Below are positions 11,232 to 22,616 of a DNA stretch of 64,000 nt, in pieces. The position numbers were made by a program, and so were the translations under genes. The notes beneath the pieces are model-generated. The model was not told the origin of the DNA. It did not search any database and saw only the letters and a list, made by a program, of their open reading frames with translations. Source of the stretch: Escherichia coli (GTDB taxonomy: Bacteria > Pseudomonadota > Gammaproteobacteria > Enterobacterales > Enterobacteriaceae); NCBI RefSeq assembly GCF_044324875.1, contig NZ_CP172185.1; one strand, written 5' to 3'. Position 1 is the first letter of the stretch. Each line of letters begins with the position of its first letter.

Positions 11232-12350
11232 ATGACTGGAGATAACACCCTCATCCATTCTCACGGCATTAACCGTCGTGATTTCATGAAGCTTTGTGCA
11301 GCATTAGCCGCCACCATGGGGTTAAGTAGCAAAGCCGCTGCAGAGATGGCCGAATCGGTTACTAACCCGCAGCGTCCGCCAGTTATCTGGATTGGCGCGC
11401 AGGAGTGCACCGGTTGTACGGAATCTCTGCTTCGTGCAACGCATCCAACGGTAGAAAACCTCGTGCTGGAGACTATCTCTCTGGAATATCACGAAGTGCT
11501 TTCCGCCGCCTTCGGTCATCAGGTCGAAGAGAACAAACATAACGCTCTCGAGAAGTACAAAGGGCAGTATGTGTTAGTGGTGGATGGTTCCATCCCATTA
11601 AAAGATAATGGTATTTATTGCATGGTTGCCGGTGAGCCGATTGTGGATCACATCCGCAAAGCGGCGGAAGGCGCAGCAGCCATTATCGCTATCGGTTCCT
11701 GCTCTGCGTGGGGCGGTGTTGCCGCGGCTGGGGTTAACCCAACTGGCGCGGTCAGTCTGCAAGAAGTTCTGCCAGGCAAAACTGTAATCAACATTCCTGG
11801 CTGCCCGCCGAACCCGCACAACTTCCTCGCGACCGTTGCGCACATCATCACTTACGGCAAACCACCGAAGCTGGATGATAAAAACCGTCCGACTTTCGCC
11901 TACGGTCGTCTGATTCACGAACACTGTGAACGTCGCCCGCACTTCGATGCTGGTCGCTTTGCGAAAGAGTTCGGCGACGAAGGCCACCGTGAAGGCTGGT
12001 GCCTGTACCACCTCGGCTGTAAAGGGCCAGAAACTTACGGCAACTGCTCAACGCTGCAATTCTGCGACGTTGGCGGCGTGTGGCCGGTGGCGATTGGTCA
12101 CCCGTGCTATGGCTGTAACGAAGAAGGTATCGGCTTCCATAAAGGCATCCATCAGCTTGCCAACGTCGAAAACCAGACTCCGCGTTCACAGAAACCGGAC
12201 GTTAACGCTAAAGAAGGCGGCAACGTCTCTGCAGGCGCTATTGGTTTGCTCGGCGGTGTGGTTGGGCTGGTTGCCGGTGTCAGCGTGATGGCGGTGCGTG
12301 AACTGGGTCGTCAGCAAAAGAAAGATAACGCTGACTCACGGGGAGAATAA
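11232..12350 (+). CDS. hybO: hydrogenase 2 small subunit (Tat-exported)
   Basis: 372-aa ORF; twin-arginine signal RRDFMK near N-terminus; Cys-rich FeS cluster motifs. Confidence 0.95.
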   Translation: MTGDNTLIHSHGINRRDFMKLCAALAATMGLSSKAAAEMAESVTNPQRPPVIWIGAQECTGCTESLLRATHPTVENLVLETISLEYHEVLSAAFGHQVEENKHNALEKYKGQYVLVVDGSIPLKDNGIYCMVAGEPIVDHIRKAAEGAAAIIAIGSCSAWGGVAAAGVNPTGAVSLQEVLPGKTVINIPGCPPNPHNFLATVAHIITYGKPPKLDDKNRPTFAYGRLIHEHCERRPHFDAGRFAKEFGDEGHREGWCLYHLGCKGPETYGNCSTLQFCDVGGVWPVAIGHPCYGCNEEGIGFHKGIHQLANVENQTPRSQKPDVNAKEGGNVSAGAIGLLGGVVGLVAGVSVMAVRELGRQQKKDNADSRGE

Positions 12351-12352
12351 CC

Positions 12353-13339
12353 GTGAACAGACGTAATTTTATCAAAGCAGCCTCCTGCGGGGCATTGCTG
12401 ACGGGCGCGTTGCCGTCTGTCAGTCATGCGGCTGCTGAAAACCGCCCGCCAATTCCGGGATCGCTGGGGATGTTGTACGACTCGACCTTGTGCGTTGGCT
12501 GCCAGGCTTGCGTCACCAAGTGTCAGGATATCAATTTCCCTGAACGTAACCCGCAAGGGGAACAGACCTGGTCGAACAACGACAAACTGTCGCCGTATAC
12601 CAATAACATCATTCAGGTGTGGACCAGCGGCACAGGGGTCAACAAAGACCAGGAAGAGAACGGCTACGCGTACATTAAGAAACAGTGTATGCACTGCGTC
12701 GATCCGAACTGTGTCTCCGTGTGTCCGGTCTCTGCGCTGAAAAAAGATCCGAAAACCGGCATTGTCCATTACGACAAAGATGTGTGCACTGGCTGCCGTT
12801 ACTGCATGGTCGCCTGCCCATACAACGTGCCGAAGTACGACTACAACAACCCATTTGGTGCGCTGCATAAGTGTGAACTGTGCAACCAGAAAGGTGTGGA
12901 ACGTCTTGATAAAGGCGGTCTGCCTGGCTGCGTAGAAGTGTGCCCGGCGGGCGCGGTGATTTTTGGTACGCGTGAAGAGCTGATGGCTGAGGCGAAAAAA
13001 CGTCTGGCGCTGAAGCCAGGCAGCGAATACCACTATCCGCGTCAGACGCTGAAATCTGGCGACACTTACCTGCATACGGTGCCGAAATATTATCCGCATC
13101 TGTACGGCGAGAAAGAGGGCGGCGGTACTCAGGTTCTGGTACTGACGGGTGTGCCTTATGAAAATCTCGACCTGCCGAAACTGGACGATCTTTCTACCGG
13201 TGCGCGTTCCGAAAATATTCAACACACCCTGTATAAAGGCATGATGCTACCACTGGCTGTGCTGGCGGGCTTAACCGTGCTGGTTCGTCGCAACACCAAA
13301 AACGACCATCACGACGGAGGAGACGATCATGAGTCATGA
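12353..13339 (+). CDS. hybA: hydrogenase 2 ferredoxin-type 4Fe-4S subunit
   Basis: 328-aa ORF, GTG start, Tat motif RRNFIK, several CxxCxxCxxxCP motifs. Confidence 0.95.
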
Positions 13340-14507
13340 TCCACAACCGCTGGGCGGCAAAATCATCAGTAAACCGGTCATGATTTTTGGACCGTTAATC
13401 GTCATCTGTATGCTCCTGATTGTGAAGCGTCTGGTGTTCGGTCTGGGCTCTGTCTCTGACCTGAACGGCGGCTTCCCGTGGGGCGTGTGGATCGCGTTTG
13501 ACCTGCTGATTGGCACCGGCTTTGCCTGTGGCGGCTGGGCGCTGGCGTGGGCGGTATACGTCTTTAACCGTGGGCAATACCATCCGCTGGTGCGTCCGGC
13601 GCTGTTGGCGAGTCTGTTTGGTTACTCACTGGGTGGCTTGTCGATCACTATCGACGTGGGTCGCTACTGGAACCTGCCGTACTTCTACATTCCGGGTCAC
13701 TTCAACGTGAACTCGGTACTGTTCGAGACGGCGGTCTGTATGACCATCTATATCGGCGTGATGGCACTGGAGTTTGCTCCGGCACTGTTTGAACGTCTGG
13801 GCTGGAAGGTGTCGCTACAGCGTCTGAACAAGGTGATGTTCTTCATCATTGCACTTGGCGCGCTGCTGCCGACTATGCACCAGTCTTCAATGGGGTCGCT
13901 GATGATCTCGGCGGGCTACAAGGTGCATCCGTTGTGGCAGAGCTATGAAATGTTGCCGTTGTTCTCGCTGCTGACGGCGTTCATCATGGGCTTCTCGATT
14001 GTCATCTTTGAAGGTTCGCTGGTGCAGGCGGGTCTGCGTGGCAACGGTCCGGATGAAAAGAGTCTGTTCGTTAAGCTGACCAACACCATCAGTGTGTTGC
14101 TGGCGATTTTCATCGTGCTGCGCTTTGGCGAGCTTATCTATCGCGACAAGCTGTCGTTAGCGTTTGCCGGTGACTTCTATTCCGTGATGTTCTGGATTGA
14201 AGTCCTGCTGATGCTCTTCCCGCTGGTCGTTCTGCGTGTGGCGAAGCTGCGTAATGATTCCCGCATGCTGTTCCTGTCAGCACTGAGCGCGCTGTTAGGT
14301 TGTGCAACCTGGCGTCTGACCTATTCGCTGGTGGCATTCAACCCGGGCGGCGGTTACGCCTACTTCCCGACCTGGGAAGAACTGTTGATTTCTATTGGTT
14401 TTGTGGCTATTGAGATTTGCGCTTACATCGTACTCATTCGTCTACTGCCGATACTTCCTCCTTTAAAACAAAACGATCATAATCGTCATGAGGCGAGCAA
14501 AGCATGA
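13329..14507 (+). CDS. hybB: hydrogenase 2 integral membrane (cytochrome b-type) subunit
   Basis: 392-aa polytopic ORF overlapping hybA stop by 11 nt. Confidence 0.93.
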
Positions 14508-16207
14508 GCCAGAGAATTACTATTGATCCGGTAACCCGTATTGAGGGGCATTTACGCATCGATTGCGAAATCGAAAATGGCGTCGTTTCGAAAGCATGGG
14601 CTTCCGGTACCATGTGGCGCGGCATGGAAGAGATCGTGAAAAACCGCGATCCGCGCGATGCATGGATGATTGTGCAACGTATCTGTGGCGTATGTACTAC
14701 CACTCACGCGCTGTCTTCCGTTCGTGCGGCAGAAAGTGCGCTGAATATCGACGTTCCGGTTAACGCGCAATACATCCGTAACATCATTCTGGCTGCGCAC
14801 ACCACGCATGACCATATCGTTCATTTCTATCAACTTTCGGCGCTGGACTGGGTGGATATCACTTCTGCACTGCAAGCTGACCCAACCAAAGCCTCCGAAA
14901 TGCTGAAAGGCGTTTCGACCTGGCATCTGAACAGTCCGGAAGAGTTCACTAAAGTTCAGAACAAGATCAAAGATCTGGTTGCCAGCGGTCAGTTGGGAAT
15001 TTTCGCCAATGGCTACTGGGGTCACCCGGCGATGAAACTGCCGCCGGAAGTGAACCTGATTGCGGTAGCGCACTACCTGCAGGCGCTGGAGTGCCAGCGT
15101 GACGCTAACCGCGTCGTGGCGCTGCTGGGCGGTAAAACGCCGCACATTCAGAACCTGGCAGTAGGTGGGGTCGCTAACCCGATCAACCTCGACGGTCTGG
15201 GCGTGCTGAATCTTGAGCGTCTGATGTACATCAAGTCCTTCATCGACAAGCTGAGCGACTTTGTTGAGCAGGTTTATAAGGTTGATACCGCGGTTATCGC
15301 CGCGTTCTACCCGGAATGGCTGACGCGCGGTAAAGGTGCGGTGAACTACCTGAGCGTGCCGGAATTCCCGACCGACAGTAAAAACGGCAGCTTCCTGTTC
15401 CCGGGCGGCTACATTGAGAATGCGGATCTGTCCTCGTATCGTCCGATCACTTCTCATTCCGATGAATACCTGATCAAAGGCATTCAGGAAAGCGCGAAGC
15501 ACTCCTGGTATAAAGACGAAGCGCCGCAGGCACCGTGGGAAGGTACCACCATTCCGGCTTATGATGGTTGGTCTGACGACGGTAAATACTCCTGGGTGAA
15601 ATCACCGACTTTCTACGGCAAAACGGTAGAAGTGGGGCCGCTGGCTAACATGCTGGTGAAACTGGCGGCAGGTCGCGAATCTACCCAGAATAAACTGAAT
15701 GAAATCGTTGCGATTTATCAGAAACTGACTGGCAACACGCTGGAAGTGGCGCAGCTGCACTCCACGCTGGGCCGTATTATTGGTCGTACCGTTCACTGCT
15801 GCGAATTGCAGGATATCCTGCAAAATCAATACAGTGCACTGATCACCAATATCGGCAAAGGCGATCACACCACCTTCGTGAAACCGAACATTCCGGCAAC
15901 GGGTGAGTTCAAAGGTGTTGGCTTCCTCGAAGCGCCGCGCGGTATGCTCTCTCACTGGATGGTGATCAAAGACGGTATCATCAGCAACTACCAGGCAGTT
16001 GTTCCATCAACCTGGAACTCTGGCCCGCGTAACTTCAATGATGACGTCGGTCCTTACGAGCAGTCGTTGGTGGGTACACCGGTTGCTGATCCGAATAAAC
16101 CGCTGGAAGTGGTGCGTACCATTCACTCCTTCGATCCGTGCATGGCCTGTGCGGTACACGTAGTGGATGCCGACGGCAACGAAGTGGTTTCAGTGAAGGT
16201 TCTGTAA
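14504..16207 (+). CDS. hybC: hydrogenase 2 [NiFe] large subunit
   Basis: 567-aa ORF; N-terminal RICGVCTTTH and C-terminal DPCMACAVH Ni-binding motifs, with a C-terminal extension for HybD cleavage. Confidence 0.95.
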   Translation: MSQRITIDPVTRIEGHLRIDCEIENGVVSKAWASGTMWRGMEEIVKNRDPRDAWMIVQRICGVCTTTHALSSVRAAESALNIDVPVNAQYIRNIILAAHTTHDHIVHFYQLSALDWVDITSALQADPTKASEMLKGVSTWHLNSPEEFTKVQNKIKDLVASGQLGIFANGYWGHPAMKLPPEVNLIAVAHYLQALECQRDANRVVALLGGKTPHIQNLAVGGVANPINLDGLGVLNLERLMYIKSFIDKLSDFVEQVYKVDTAVIAAFYPEWLTRGKGAVNYLSVPEFPTDSKNGSFLFPGGYIENADLSSYRPITSHSDEYLIKGIQESAKHSWYKDEAPQAPWEGTTIPAYDGWSDDGKYSWVKSPTFYGKTVEVGPLANMLVKLAAGRESTQNKLNEIVAIYQKLTGNTLEVAQLHSTLGRIIGRTVHCCELQDILQNQYSALITNIGKGDHTTFVKPNIPATGEFKGVGFLEAPRGMLSHWMVIKDGIISNYQAVVPSTWNSGPRNFNDDVGPYEQSLVGTPVADPNKPLEVVRTIHSFDPCMACAVHVVDADGNEVVSVKVL

Positions 16208-16701
16208 TGCGTATTTTAGTCTTAGGGGTTGGCAATATTTTGCTGACCGATGAAGCCATCGGTGTGCGGATTGTCGAAGCGTTAGAGCAACGATATATTC
16301 TGCCGGATTATGTTGAGATCCTCGATGGCGGCACGGCGGGAATGGAGCTGCTTGGCGACATGGCAAATCGCGATCATCTGATCATTGCGGATGCCATTGT
16401 GTCGAAGAAGAGCGCGCCGGGAACGATGATGATCCTGCGGGATGAAGAAGTTCCGGCGTTGTTTACCAACAAAATCTCTCCGCATCAGCTTGGCCTGGCC
16501 GACGTATTGTCGGCCCTGCGCTTCACCGGTGAGTTTCCGAAAAAGCTGACCCTGGTCGGCGTGATCCCGGAATCGCTGGAGCCACACATCGGCTTAACGC
16601 CGACGGTTGAAGCAATGATTGAACCTGCGCTTGAGCAGGTTCTGGCTGCGCTGCGCGAATCAGGCGTGGAAGCCATCCCACGGGAGGCGACTCATGACTG
16701 A
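16207..16701 (+). CDS. hybD: hydrogenase 2 maturation endopeptidase
   Basis: Start MRILVLGVGNILLTDEAIGVR (codon 24 of track ORF 16138..16701), 164 aa; ATG overlaps hybC stop. Confidence 0.9.
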   Translation: MRILVLGVGNILLTDEAIGVRIVEALEQRYILPDYVEILDGGTAGMELLGDMANRDHLIIADAIVSKKSAPGTMMILRDEEVPALFTNKISPHQLGLADVLSALRFTGEFPKKLTLVGVIPESLEPHIGLTPTVEAMIEPALEQVLAALRESGVEAIPREATHD

Positions 16702-17182
16702 AGAGATAGCAGGTTTCCAGACCTCCCCGAAGGCGCAAGTACAGGCAGCTTTTGAAGAAATTGCCCGGCGTTCGATGCATGATCTCTCTTTTCTGCATCC
16801 TTCAATGCCGGTGTATGTTTCTGACTTTACGCTGTTCGAAGGTCAGTGGACGGGGTGTGTGATCACCCCGTGGATGCTGAGTGCAGTTATCTTCCCCGGC
16901 CCGGATCAACTCTGGCCGCTGCGCAAAGTGAGTGAAAAAATTGGTCTGCAACTGCCGTATGGCACCATGACCTTTACCGTTGGCGAACTGGACGGTGTTT
17001 CGCAATACCTCTCCTGCTCGCTGATGTCGCCGCTTTCGCACAGCATGTCGATTGAAGAGGGCCAACGCCTGACGGATGACTGCGCACGAATGATCCTTTC
17101 GCTGCCAGTCACGAATCCGGATGTACCACACGCAGGGCGTCGCGCCCTGCTGTTTGGCCGCAGGAGTGGCGAAAATGCATGA
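16694..17182 (+). CDS. hybE: hydrogenase 2-specific chaperone
   Basis: Start MTEEIAGFQTSPKAQ (codon 26 of track ORF 16619..17182), 162 aa. Confidence 0.88.
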   Translation: MTEEIAGFQTSPKAQVQAAFEEIARRSMHDLSFLHPSMPVYVSDFTLFEGQWTGCVITPWMLSAVIFPGPDQLWPLRKVSEKIGLQLPYGTMTFTVGELDGVSQYLSCSLMSPLSHSMSIEEGQRLTDDCARMILSLPVTNPDVPHAGRRALLFGRRSGENA

Positions 17183-17516
17183 GTTGTCGCTTTGCCAGAG
17201 CGCCGTTGAAATTATCCAACGGCAGGCGGAGCAGCACGATGTTAAGCGCGTCACCGCCGTGTGGCTGGAAATTGGCGCGCTCTCCTGCGTTGAGGAGAGC
17301 GCCGTCCGTTTTAGTTTTGAAATTGTCTGCCACGGAACGGTGGCGCAAGGGTGCGATTTACATATCGTCTATAAACCCGCCCAGGCCTGGTGCTGGGATT
17401 GCAGCCAGGTGGTGGAGATTCATCAGCACGATGCGCAGTGTCCGCTCTGTCATGGCGAGCGGTTGCGTGTCGATACCGGCGATTCGCTGATCGTCAAAAG
17501 TATTGAAGTTGAATAA
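17175..17516 (+). CDS. hybF: hydrogenase nickel-incorporation protein (HypA paralogue)
   Basis: Start MHELSLCQSAVEII (codon 19 of track ORF 17121..17516), 113 aa; CxxC...CxxC zinc motif. Confidence 0.9.
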   Translation: MHELSLCQSAVEIIQRQAEQHDVKRVTAVWLEIGALSCVEESAVRFSFEIVCHGTVAQGCDLHIVYKPAQAWCWDCSQVVEIHQHDAQCPLCHGERLRVDTGDSLIVKSIEVE

Positions 17517-17528
17517 CCGGAGTTAACA

Positions 17529-17777
17529 ATGTGTATTGGCGTTCCAGGCCAGGTGCTGGCTGTCGGTGAGGATATTCACCAGCTTGCGCAGGTTGAAGTA
17601 TGTGGTATCAAGCGCGACGTGAATATCGCCCTGATTTGTGAAGGTAACCCTGCCGATCTGCTGGGCCAGTGGGTGCTGGTACACGTCGGATTTGCCATGA
17701 GCATCATCGACGAAGATGAAGCCAAAGCCACATTAGACGCGCTGCGCCAAATGGATTACGACATTACCAGCGCGTGA
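17529..17777 (+). CDS. hybG: hydrogenase maturation factor (HypC paralogue)
   Basis: 82-aa ORF beginning MCIGVPGQV (the conserved MC(L/I)(G/A)(L/V)P HypC N-terminus). Confidence 0.9.
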
Positions 17778-17785
17778 TGATTAAA

Positions 17786-17815
17786 GCCGGATGCGGCGTA
17801 AATGCTTTATCCGGC
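17786..17815. repeat. REP (repetitive extragenic palindromic) element between convergent hybG and yghU
   Basis: GCCGGATGCGGCGTAAATGCTTTATCCGGC, the canonical REP pattern with imperfect dyad symmetry. Confidence 0.55.
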
Positions 17816-17846
17816 TACATAGCGATAAGCCTGCCAATGTTGCGAC

Positions 17847-18713
17847 TTACCCCTGACGCTTATCTTCCGTATTCGTCTCAAAATCACTGGCGTCATGGCG
17901 CTCATGCAACTGCTCGTTCAGCGGCCCGTTGGTGCGGTTAACAATACGCCCACGCTTCACCGCCGGACGTTCGCCCACTTCTTTCGCCCAGCGTTGTACG
18001 TGTTTATAACTTCCCGCATCCAGAAACTCTGCGGCATCATACACGCCGCCTAACACCACGTTGCCAAACCACGGCCAAATCGCCATATCCGCAATGGTGT
18101 ACTCATCGCCCGCAACAAACTTATGCTGCGCCAGTTGCTTATCCAGCACGTCGAGCAGGCGCTTGGCTTCCATGGTAAAGCGATTGATGGCGTACTCAAT
18201 TTTCACCGGCGCGTAATGGTAAAAGTGACCAAAACCACCGCCGAGAAACGGCGCAGCACCCTGTAACCAGAACAACCAGTTCATTGCTTCAGTACGCTTT
18301 GCCAGATCCTGCGGCAGGAAGTAGCCAAATTTCTCCGCCAGATAAAGCAGAATCGATCCAGACTCAAACACGCGGATCGGCGGATTATGCGTATGATCGC
18401 GCAGCGCCGGGATCTTCGAGTTTGGGTTTACTTCGACAAAACCGCTGGAGAATTGATCGCCATCGCCTATGCGTATCAGCCAGGCATCGTACTCTGCGCC
18501 AGTAACGCCCAGCTCCAGCAGCTCCTCAAGCATAATCGTTACTTTCTGACCGTTCGGCGTTCCCAGCGAATAGAGTTGCAGCGGATGTTTGCCCACCGGC
18601 AGCGTTTTTTCATGCGTCGGACCAGAAACCGGGCGATTGATATTGGCGAACGCGCCGCCAGCGGATTTATCCCACGTCCAGACTTTCGCGGGCTGATAAG
18701 TATTGTCTGTCAT
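17847..18713 (-). CDS. yghU: glutathione S-transferase-like protein (nu-class GST, disulfide-bond reductase)
   Basis: Start MTDNTYQPAKVWTWDKSAGGAF (codon 17 of track ORF), 288 aa. Confidence 0.9.
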   Translation of the reverse strand: MTDNTYQPAKVWTWDKSAGGAFANINRPVSGPTHEKTLPVGKHPLQLYSLGTPNGQKVTIMLEELLELGVTGAEYDAWLIRIGDGDQFSSGFVEVNPNSKIPALRDHTHNPPIRVFESGSILLYLAEKFGYFLPQDLAKRTEAMNWLFWLQGAAPFLGGGFGHFYHYAPVKIEYAINRFTMEAKRLLDVLDKQLAQHKFVAGDEYTIADMAIWPWFGNVVLGGVYDAAEFLDAGSYKHVQRWAKEVGERPAVKRGRIVNRTNGPLNEQLHERHDASDFETNTEDKRQG

Positions 18714-18917
18714 AGTGAGTTGCCTTCTCAGTGGTAGTGTTGAAGCAGTGTAGCAGGTCACTTGCTGTACAGAATGTGAATTTTTTAACCCTTTGCGCCA
18801 GCCGCTGCGATGAGGTGTATGATTAGTCTGACCTCTGTCCGGTTAATGTCGCTGAGCAGGTAATCAGAGCACAACAATTACGCCAACTGCTTAGGTTGTA
18901 TTGTTAAAGGTAAAGTG

Positions 18918-20777
18918 ATGAGCAAAGGAACGACCAGCCAGGATGCCCCGTTCGGGACATTATTGGGCTACGCCCCAGGTGGGGTAGCAATCTACTCTTC
19001 AGATTACAGTTCTCTCGATCCGCAGGAATACGAAGATGACGCCGTATTCCGTAGCTATATCGACGACGAATATATGGGCCACAAATGGCAATGCGTTGAA
19101 TTTGCTCGCCGTTTTCTCTTTCTGAATTACGGTGTGGTCTTTACTGACGTGGGTATGGCGTGGGAGATTTTCTCGCTGCGCTTCCTGCGTGAAGTGGTTA
19201 ATGACAACATCCTGCCATTGCAGGCATTTCCTAATGGCTCGCCGCGTGCACCGGTCGCGGGCGCGCTTCTTATCTGGGATAAAGGCGGTGAATTTAAAGA
19301 CACTGGCCATGTCGCCATCATTACCCAATTGCATGGCAACAAAGTCCGTATTGCGGAACAGAACGTGATTCATTCCCCGTTACCGCAAGGGCAACAGTGG
19401 ACACGCGAGCTGGAGATGGTGGTCGAAAACGGCTGCTATACCCTTAAAGACACGTTTGATGACACCACCATTCTGGGCTGGATGATCCAGACGGAAGATA
19501 CTGAATACAGCTTACCGCAGCCGGAAATTGCAGGCGAGCTGCTGAAAATCAGCGGAGCGCGCCTGGAAAACAAAGGTCAGTTTGACGGTAAATGGCTGGA
19601 TGAAAAAGATCCGCTACAAAACGCCTATGTGCAGGCCAACGGTCAGGTGATCAATCAGGATCCGTATCATTACTACACCATTACCGAGAGTGCCGAGCAG
19701 GAGCTGATTAAAGCCACCAACGAACTGCACCTGATGTATCTTCACGCCACCGACAAGGTGCTGAAAGATGACAACCTGCTGGCGCTGTTCGACATTCCGA
19801 AAATCCTTTGGCCACGTTTGCGTCTCTCCTGGCAGCGTCGCCGTCACCATATGATCACCGGTCGTATGGATTTCTGTATGGACGAACGTGGCCTGAAGGT
19901 CTACGAATACAACGCCGATTCCGCCTCCTGTCATACCGAAGCGGGCTTGATCCTCGAACGTTGGGCGGAGCAGGGCTATAAAGGCAACGGCTTCAATCCG
20001 GCGGAAGGGCTGATTAACGAACTGGCCGGTGCCTGGAAACACAGTCGTGCACGTCCGTTTGTCCATATCATGCAGGACAAAGATATCGAGGAAAACTATC
20101 ACGCGCAGTTTATGGAGCAGGCGCTGCACCAGGCGGGCTTTGAAACGCGTATCTTGCGCGGGCTGGATGAACTGGGCTGGGATGCTGCCGGGCAACTGAT
20201 TGATGGGGAAGGGCGACTGGTTAACTGCGTGTGGAAAACCTGGGCGTGGGAAACCGCGTTTGATCAGATTCGTGAAGTTAGCGACCGTGAGTTTGCTGCG
20301 GTGCCGATCCGTACCGGTCATCCGCAAAATGAAGTGCGTCTTATCGACGTATTGCTGCGCCCGGAAGTGCTGGTCTTTGAACCTCTGTGGACAGTGATCC
20401 CCGGCAACAAAGCGATTCTGCCGATCCTCTGGTCGCTGTTCCCGCACCATCGTTACCTGCTGGATACTGATTTCACTGTTAATGATGAACTGGTAAAAAC
20501 AGGTTACGCAGTGAAACCGATCGCCGGTCGCTGTGGCAGTAACATCGACCTCGTCAGCCATCATGAAGAGGTGCTGGACAAAACCAGCGGTAAATTTGCC
20601 GAGCAGAAAAACATCTATCAGCAACTGTGGTGTTTGCCGAAAGTGGACGGTAAATACATTCAGGTATGTACCTTCACCGTTGGCGGCAACTACGGTGGGA
20701 CGTGTTTGCGCGGTGATGAATCACTGGTCATTAAAAAAGAGAGTGATATTGAACCGTTAATTGTGGTGAAAGAGTAA
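18918..20777 (+). CDS. gss: bifunctional glutathionylspermidine synthetase/amidase
   Basis: 619 aa from MSKGTTSQDAPFGTLLGYAPGGVAIY; N-terminal CHAP-type amidase region (GHKWQCVEFARR) and C-terminal ATP-grasp synthetase region. Confidence 0.95.
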   Translation: MSKGTTSQDAPFGTLLGYAPGGVAIYSSDYSSLDPQEYEDDAVFRSYIDDEYMGHKWQCVEFARRFLFLNYGVVFTDVGMAWEIFSLRFLREVVNDNILPLQAFPNGSPRAPVAGALLIWDKGGEFKDTGHVAIITQLHGNKVRIAEQNVIHSPLPQGQQWTRELEMVVENGCYTLKDTFDDTTILGWMIQTEDTEYSLPQPEIAGELLKISGARLENKGQFDGKWLDEKDPLQNAYVQANGQVINQDPYHYYTITESAEQELIKATNELHLMYLHATDKVLKDDNLLALFDIPKILWPRLRLSWQRRRHHMITGRMDFCMDERGLKVYEYNADSASCHTEAGLILERWAEQGYKGNGFNPAEGLINELAGAWKHSRARPFVHIMQDKDIEENYHAQFMEQALHQAGFETRILRGLDELGWDAAGQLIDGEGRLVNCVWKTWAWETAFDQIREVSDREFAAVPIRTGHPQNEVRLIDVLLRPEVLVFEPLWTVIPGNKAILPILWSLFPHHRYLLDTDFTVNDELVKTGYAVKPIAGRCGSNIDLVSHHEEVLDKTSGKFAEQKNIYQQLWCLPKVDGKYIQVCTFTVGGNYGGTCLRGDESLVIKKESDIEPLIVVKE

Positions 20778-20792
20778 TACATGTTGTAGCAA

Positions 20793-20827
20793 CCCTGCAC
20801 TGATTATGAAGAATAATCAGTGCAGGG
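20793..20827. terminator. strong stem-loop downstream of gss (perfect 15-bp inverted repeat)
   Basis: CCCTGCACTGATTAT gaaga ATAATCAGTGCAGGG; no clear U-tract, so terminator function is uncertain. Confidence 0.35.
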
Positions 20828-21068
20828 ATTAATCAAAATATTCAATATTTATATATTCCAATATTTATTCATTTCATATGTGAATGTATTAACCAGTGGA
20901 ATACCTGTGTTTTGATTATTTCTAAAGGTTTTGAATGAATGCTTATTATCTGATACACAAGAAATAACACGCTTTTTATCGTTAAAAAATGATATTTCAC
21001 TTTGCCCACGCCGTTAAAGTCACTGATAATGCGTCCGTTCGTAAATTCAAAATGGCGTAATCTAATAT

Positions 21069-22568
21069 ATGCTAAATTTATTTGTTGGCCTTGATATATA
21101 CACGGGGCTTTTGTTATTACTTGCTCTGGCATTTGTGTTGTTCTACGAAGCAATCAATGGTTTTCATGATACGGCGAATGCGGTGGCAACCGTTATTTAT
21201 ACTCGTGCCATGCAACCACAACTTGCTGTGGTGATGGCGGCATTTTTTAACTTTTTTGGCGTATTGCTAGGCGGACTTAGCGTTGCCTATGCCATTGTCC
21301 ATATGTTGCCAACCGATTTGTTGCTGAATATGGGGTCAACTCACGGCCTGGCGATGGTCTTTTCCATGCTGCTGGCGGCGATTATCTGGAACCTGGGAAC
21401 GTGGTTCTTTGGTTTACCGGCCTCCAGTTCGCATACCTTGATTGGTGCGATTATCGGCATCGGTTTAACCAACGCGCTGTTAACCGGCTCATCGGTGATG
21501 GATGCGTTAAACCTGCGTGAAGTGACCAAAATTTTCTCCTCGCTGATTGTTTCCCCTATCGTCGGCCTGGTCATTGCGGGAGGTCTGATATTCCTGCTGC
21601 GCCGCTACTGGAGCGGGACGAAAAAGCGTGACCGTATTCACCGCATTCCGGAAGATCGCAAAAAGAAAAAAGGCAAACGTAAGCCACCATTCTGGACGCG
21701 TATTGCGCTGATTGTTTCCGCTGCGGGCGTGGCGTTTTCGCACGGCGCGAACGACGGGCAGAAAGGGATCGGCCTGGTGATGCTGGTACTGGTGGGGATT
21801 GCTCCTGCTGGTTTCGTCGTCAATATGAATGCGTCCGGCTATGAAATTACCCGTACCCGCGATGCCGTCACCAACTTTGAACACTATCTGCAACAGCATC
21901 CTGAACTGCCGCAGAAGTTAATTGCGATGGAACCTCCATTGCCTGCGGCATCGACTGATGGCACGCAAGTAACGGAGTTTCATTGTCATCCGGCAAATAC
22001 CTTTGATGCGATTGCGCGCGTTAAAACGATGTTGCCAGGTAATATGGAAAGCTACGAGCCGTTAAGCGTGAGTCAGCGCAGCCAGCTGCGCCGCATTATG
22101 CTGTGCATCTCTGATACCTCTGCGAAGCTGGCGAAACTGCCAGGCGTCAGTAAAGAAGATCAGAACCTGCTGAAAAAACTGCGCAGCGATATGTTAAGCA
22201 CCATTGAGTACGCTCCGGTGTGGATCATCATGGCGGTAGCACTGGCGCTCGGCATTGGTACCATGATTGGCTGGCGTCGTGTAGCGATGACCATCGGTGA
22301 GAAGATTGGTAAGCGCGGCATGACGTATGCGCAAGGGATGGCGGCGCAGATGACGGCGGCGGTATCTATCGGCCTTGCCAGTTATATTGGGATGCCTGTT
22401 TCCACAACACACGTCCTCTCGTCTGCGGTAGCAGGGACGATGGTGGTGGACGGCGGTGGGTTACAGCGTAAAACGGTAACCAGCATCCTGATGGCGTGGG
22501 TGTTTACTTTACCGGCGGCGATTTTTCTGTCTGGTGGGTTGTACTGGATAGCATTGCAGTTGATTTAA
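21069..22568 (+). CDS. pitB: low-affinity inorganic phosphate transporter (PiT family)
   Basis: 499-aa polytopic [51 protein letters not shown]... Confidence 0.9.
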   Translation: MLNLFVGLDIYTGLLLLLALAFVLFYEAINGFHDTANAVATVIYTRAMQPQLAVVMAAFFNFFGVLLGGLSVAYAIVHMLPTDLLLNMGSTHGLAMVFSMLLAAIIWNLGTWFFGLPASSSHTLIGAIIGIGLTNALLTGSSVMDALNLREVTKIFSSLIVSPIVGLVIAGGLIFLLRRYWSGTKKRDRIHRIPEDRKKKKGKRKPPFWTRIALIVSAAGVAFSHGANDGQKGIGLVMLVLVGIAPAGFVVNMNASGYEITRTRDAVTNFEHYLQQHPELPQKLIAMEPPLPAASTDGTQVTEFHCHPANTFDAIARVKTMLPGNMESYEPLSVSQRSQLRRIMLCISDTSAKLAKLPGVSKEDQNLLKKLRSDMLSTIEYAPVWIIMAVALALGIGTMIGWRRVAMTIGEKIGKRGMTYAQGMAAQMTAAVSIGLASYIGMPVSTTHVLSSAVAGTMVVDGGGLQRKTVTSILMAWVFTLPAAIFLSGGLYWIALQLI

Positions 22569-22578
22569 CCTTCCTGAA

Positions 22579-22612
22579 AATGCCCGGTCCTGGCGATCGG
22601 GCATTTCCATTT
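22579..22612. terminator. hairpin between convergent pitB and yghT
   Basis: ATGCCCG ...13 nt... CGGGCAT followed by TTTCCATTTTT. Confidence 0.4.
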
Positions 22613-22616
22613 TTGG

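Noticed and set aside
12311-13225. 304-aa minus-strand ORF (also 11598..12189 and 14552..15502) antisense to hybO, hybA and hybC
   Set aside because: Long antisense ORFs are common in GC-rich coding DNA; Arg/Gln-rich low-complexity translations; the sense-strand genes are unambiguous.
19614-20624. 336-aa minus-strand ORF antisense to gss
   Set aside because: Same reasoning; fully contained in gss on the opposite strand.
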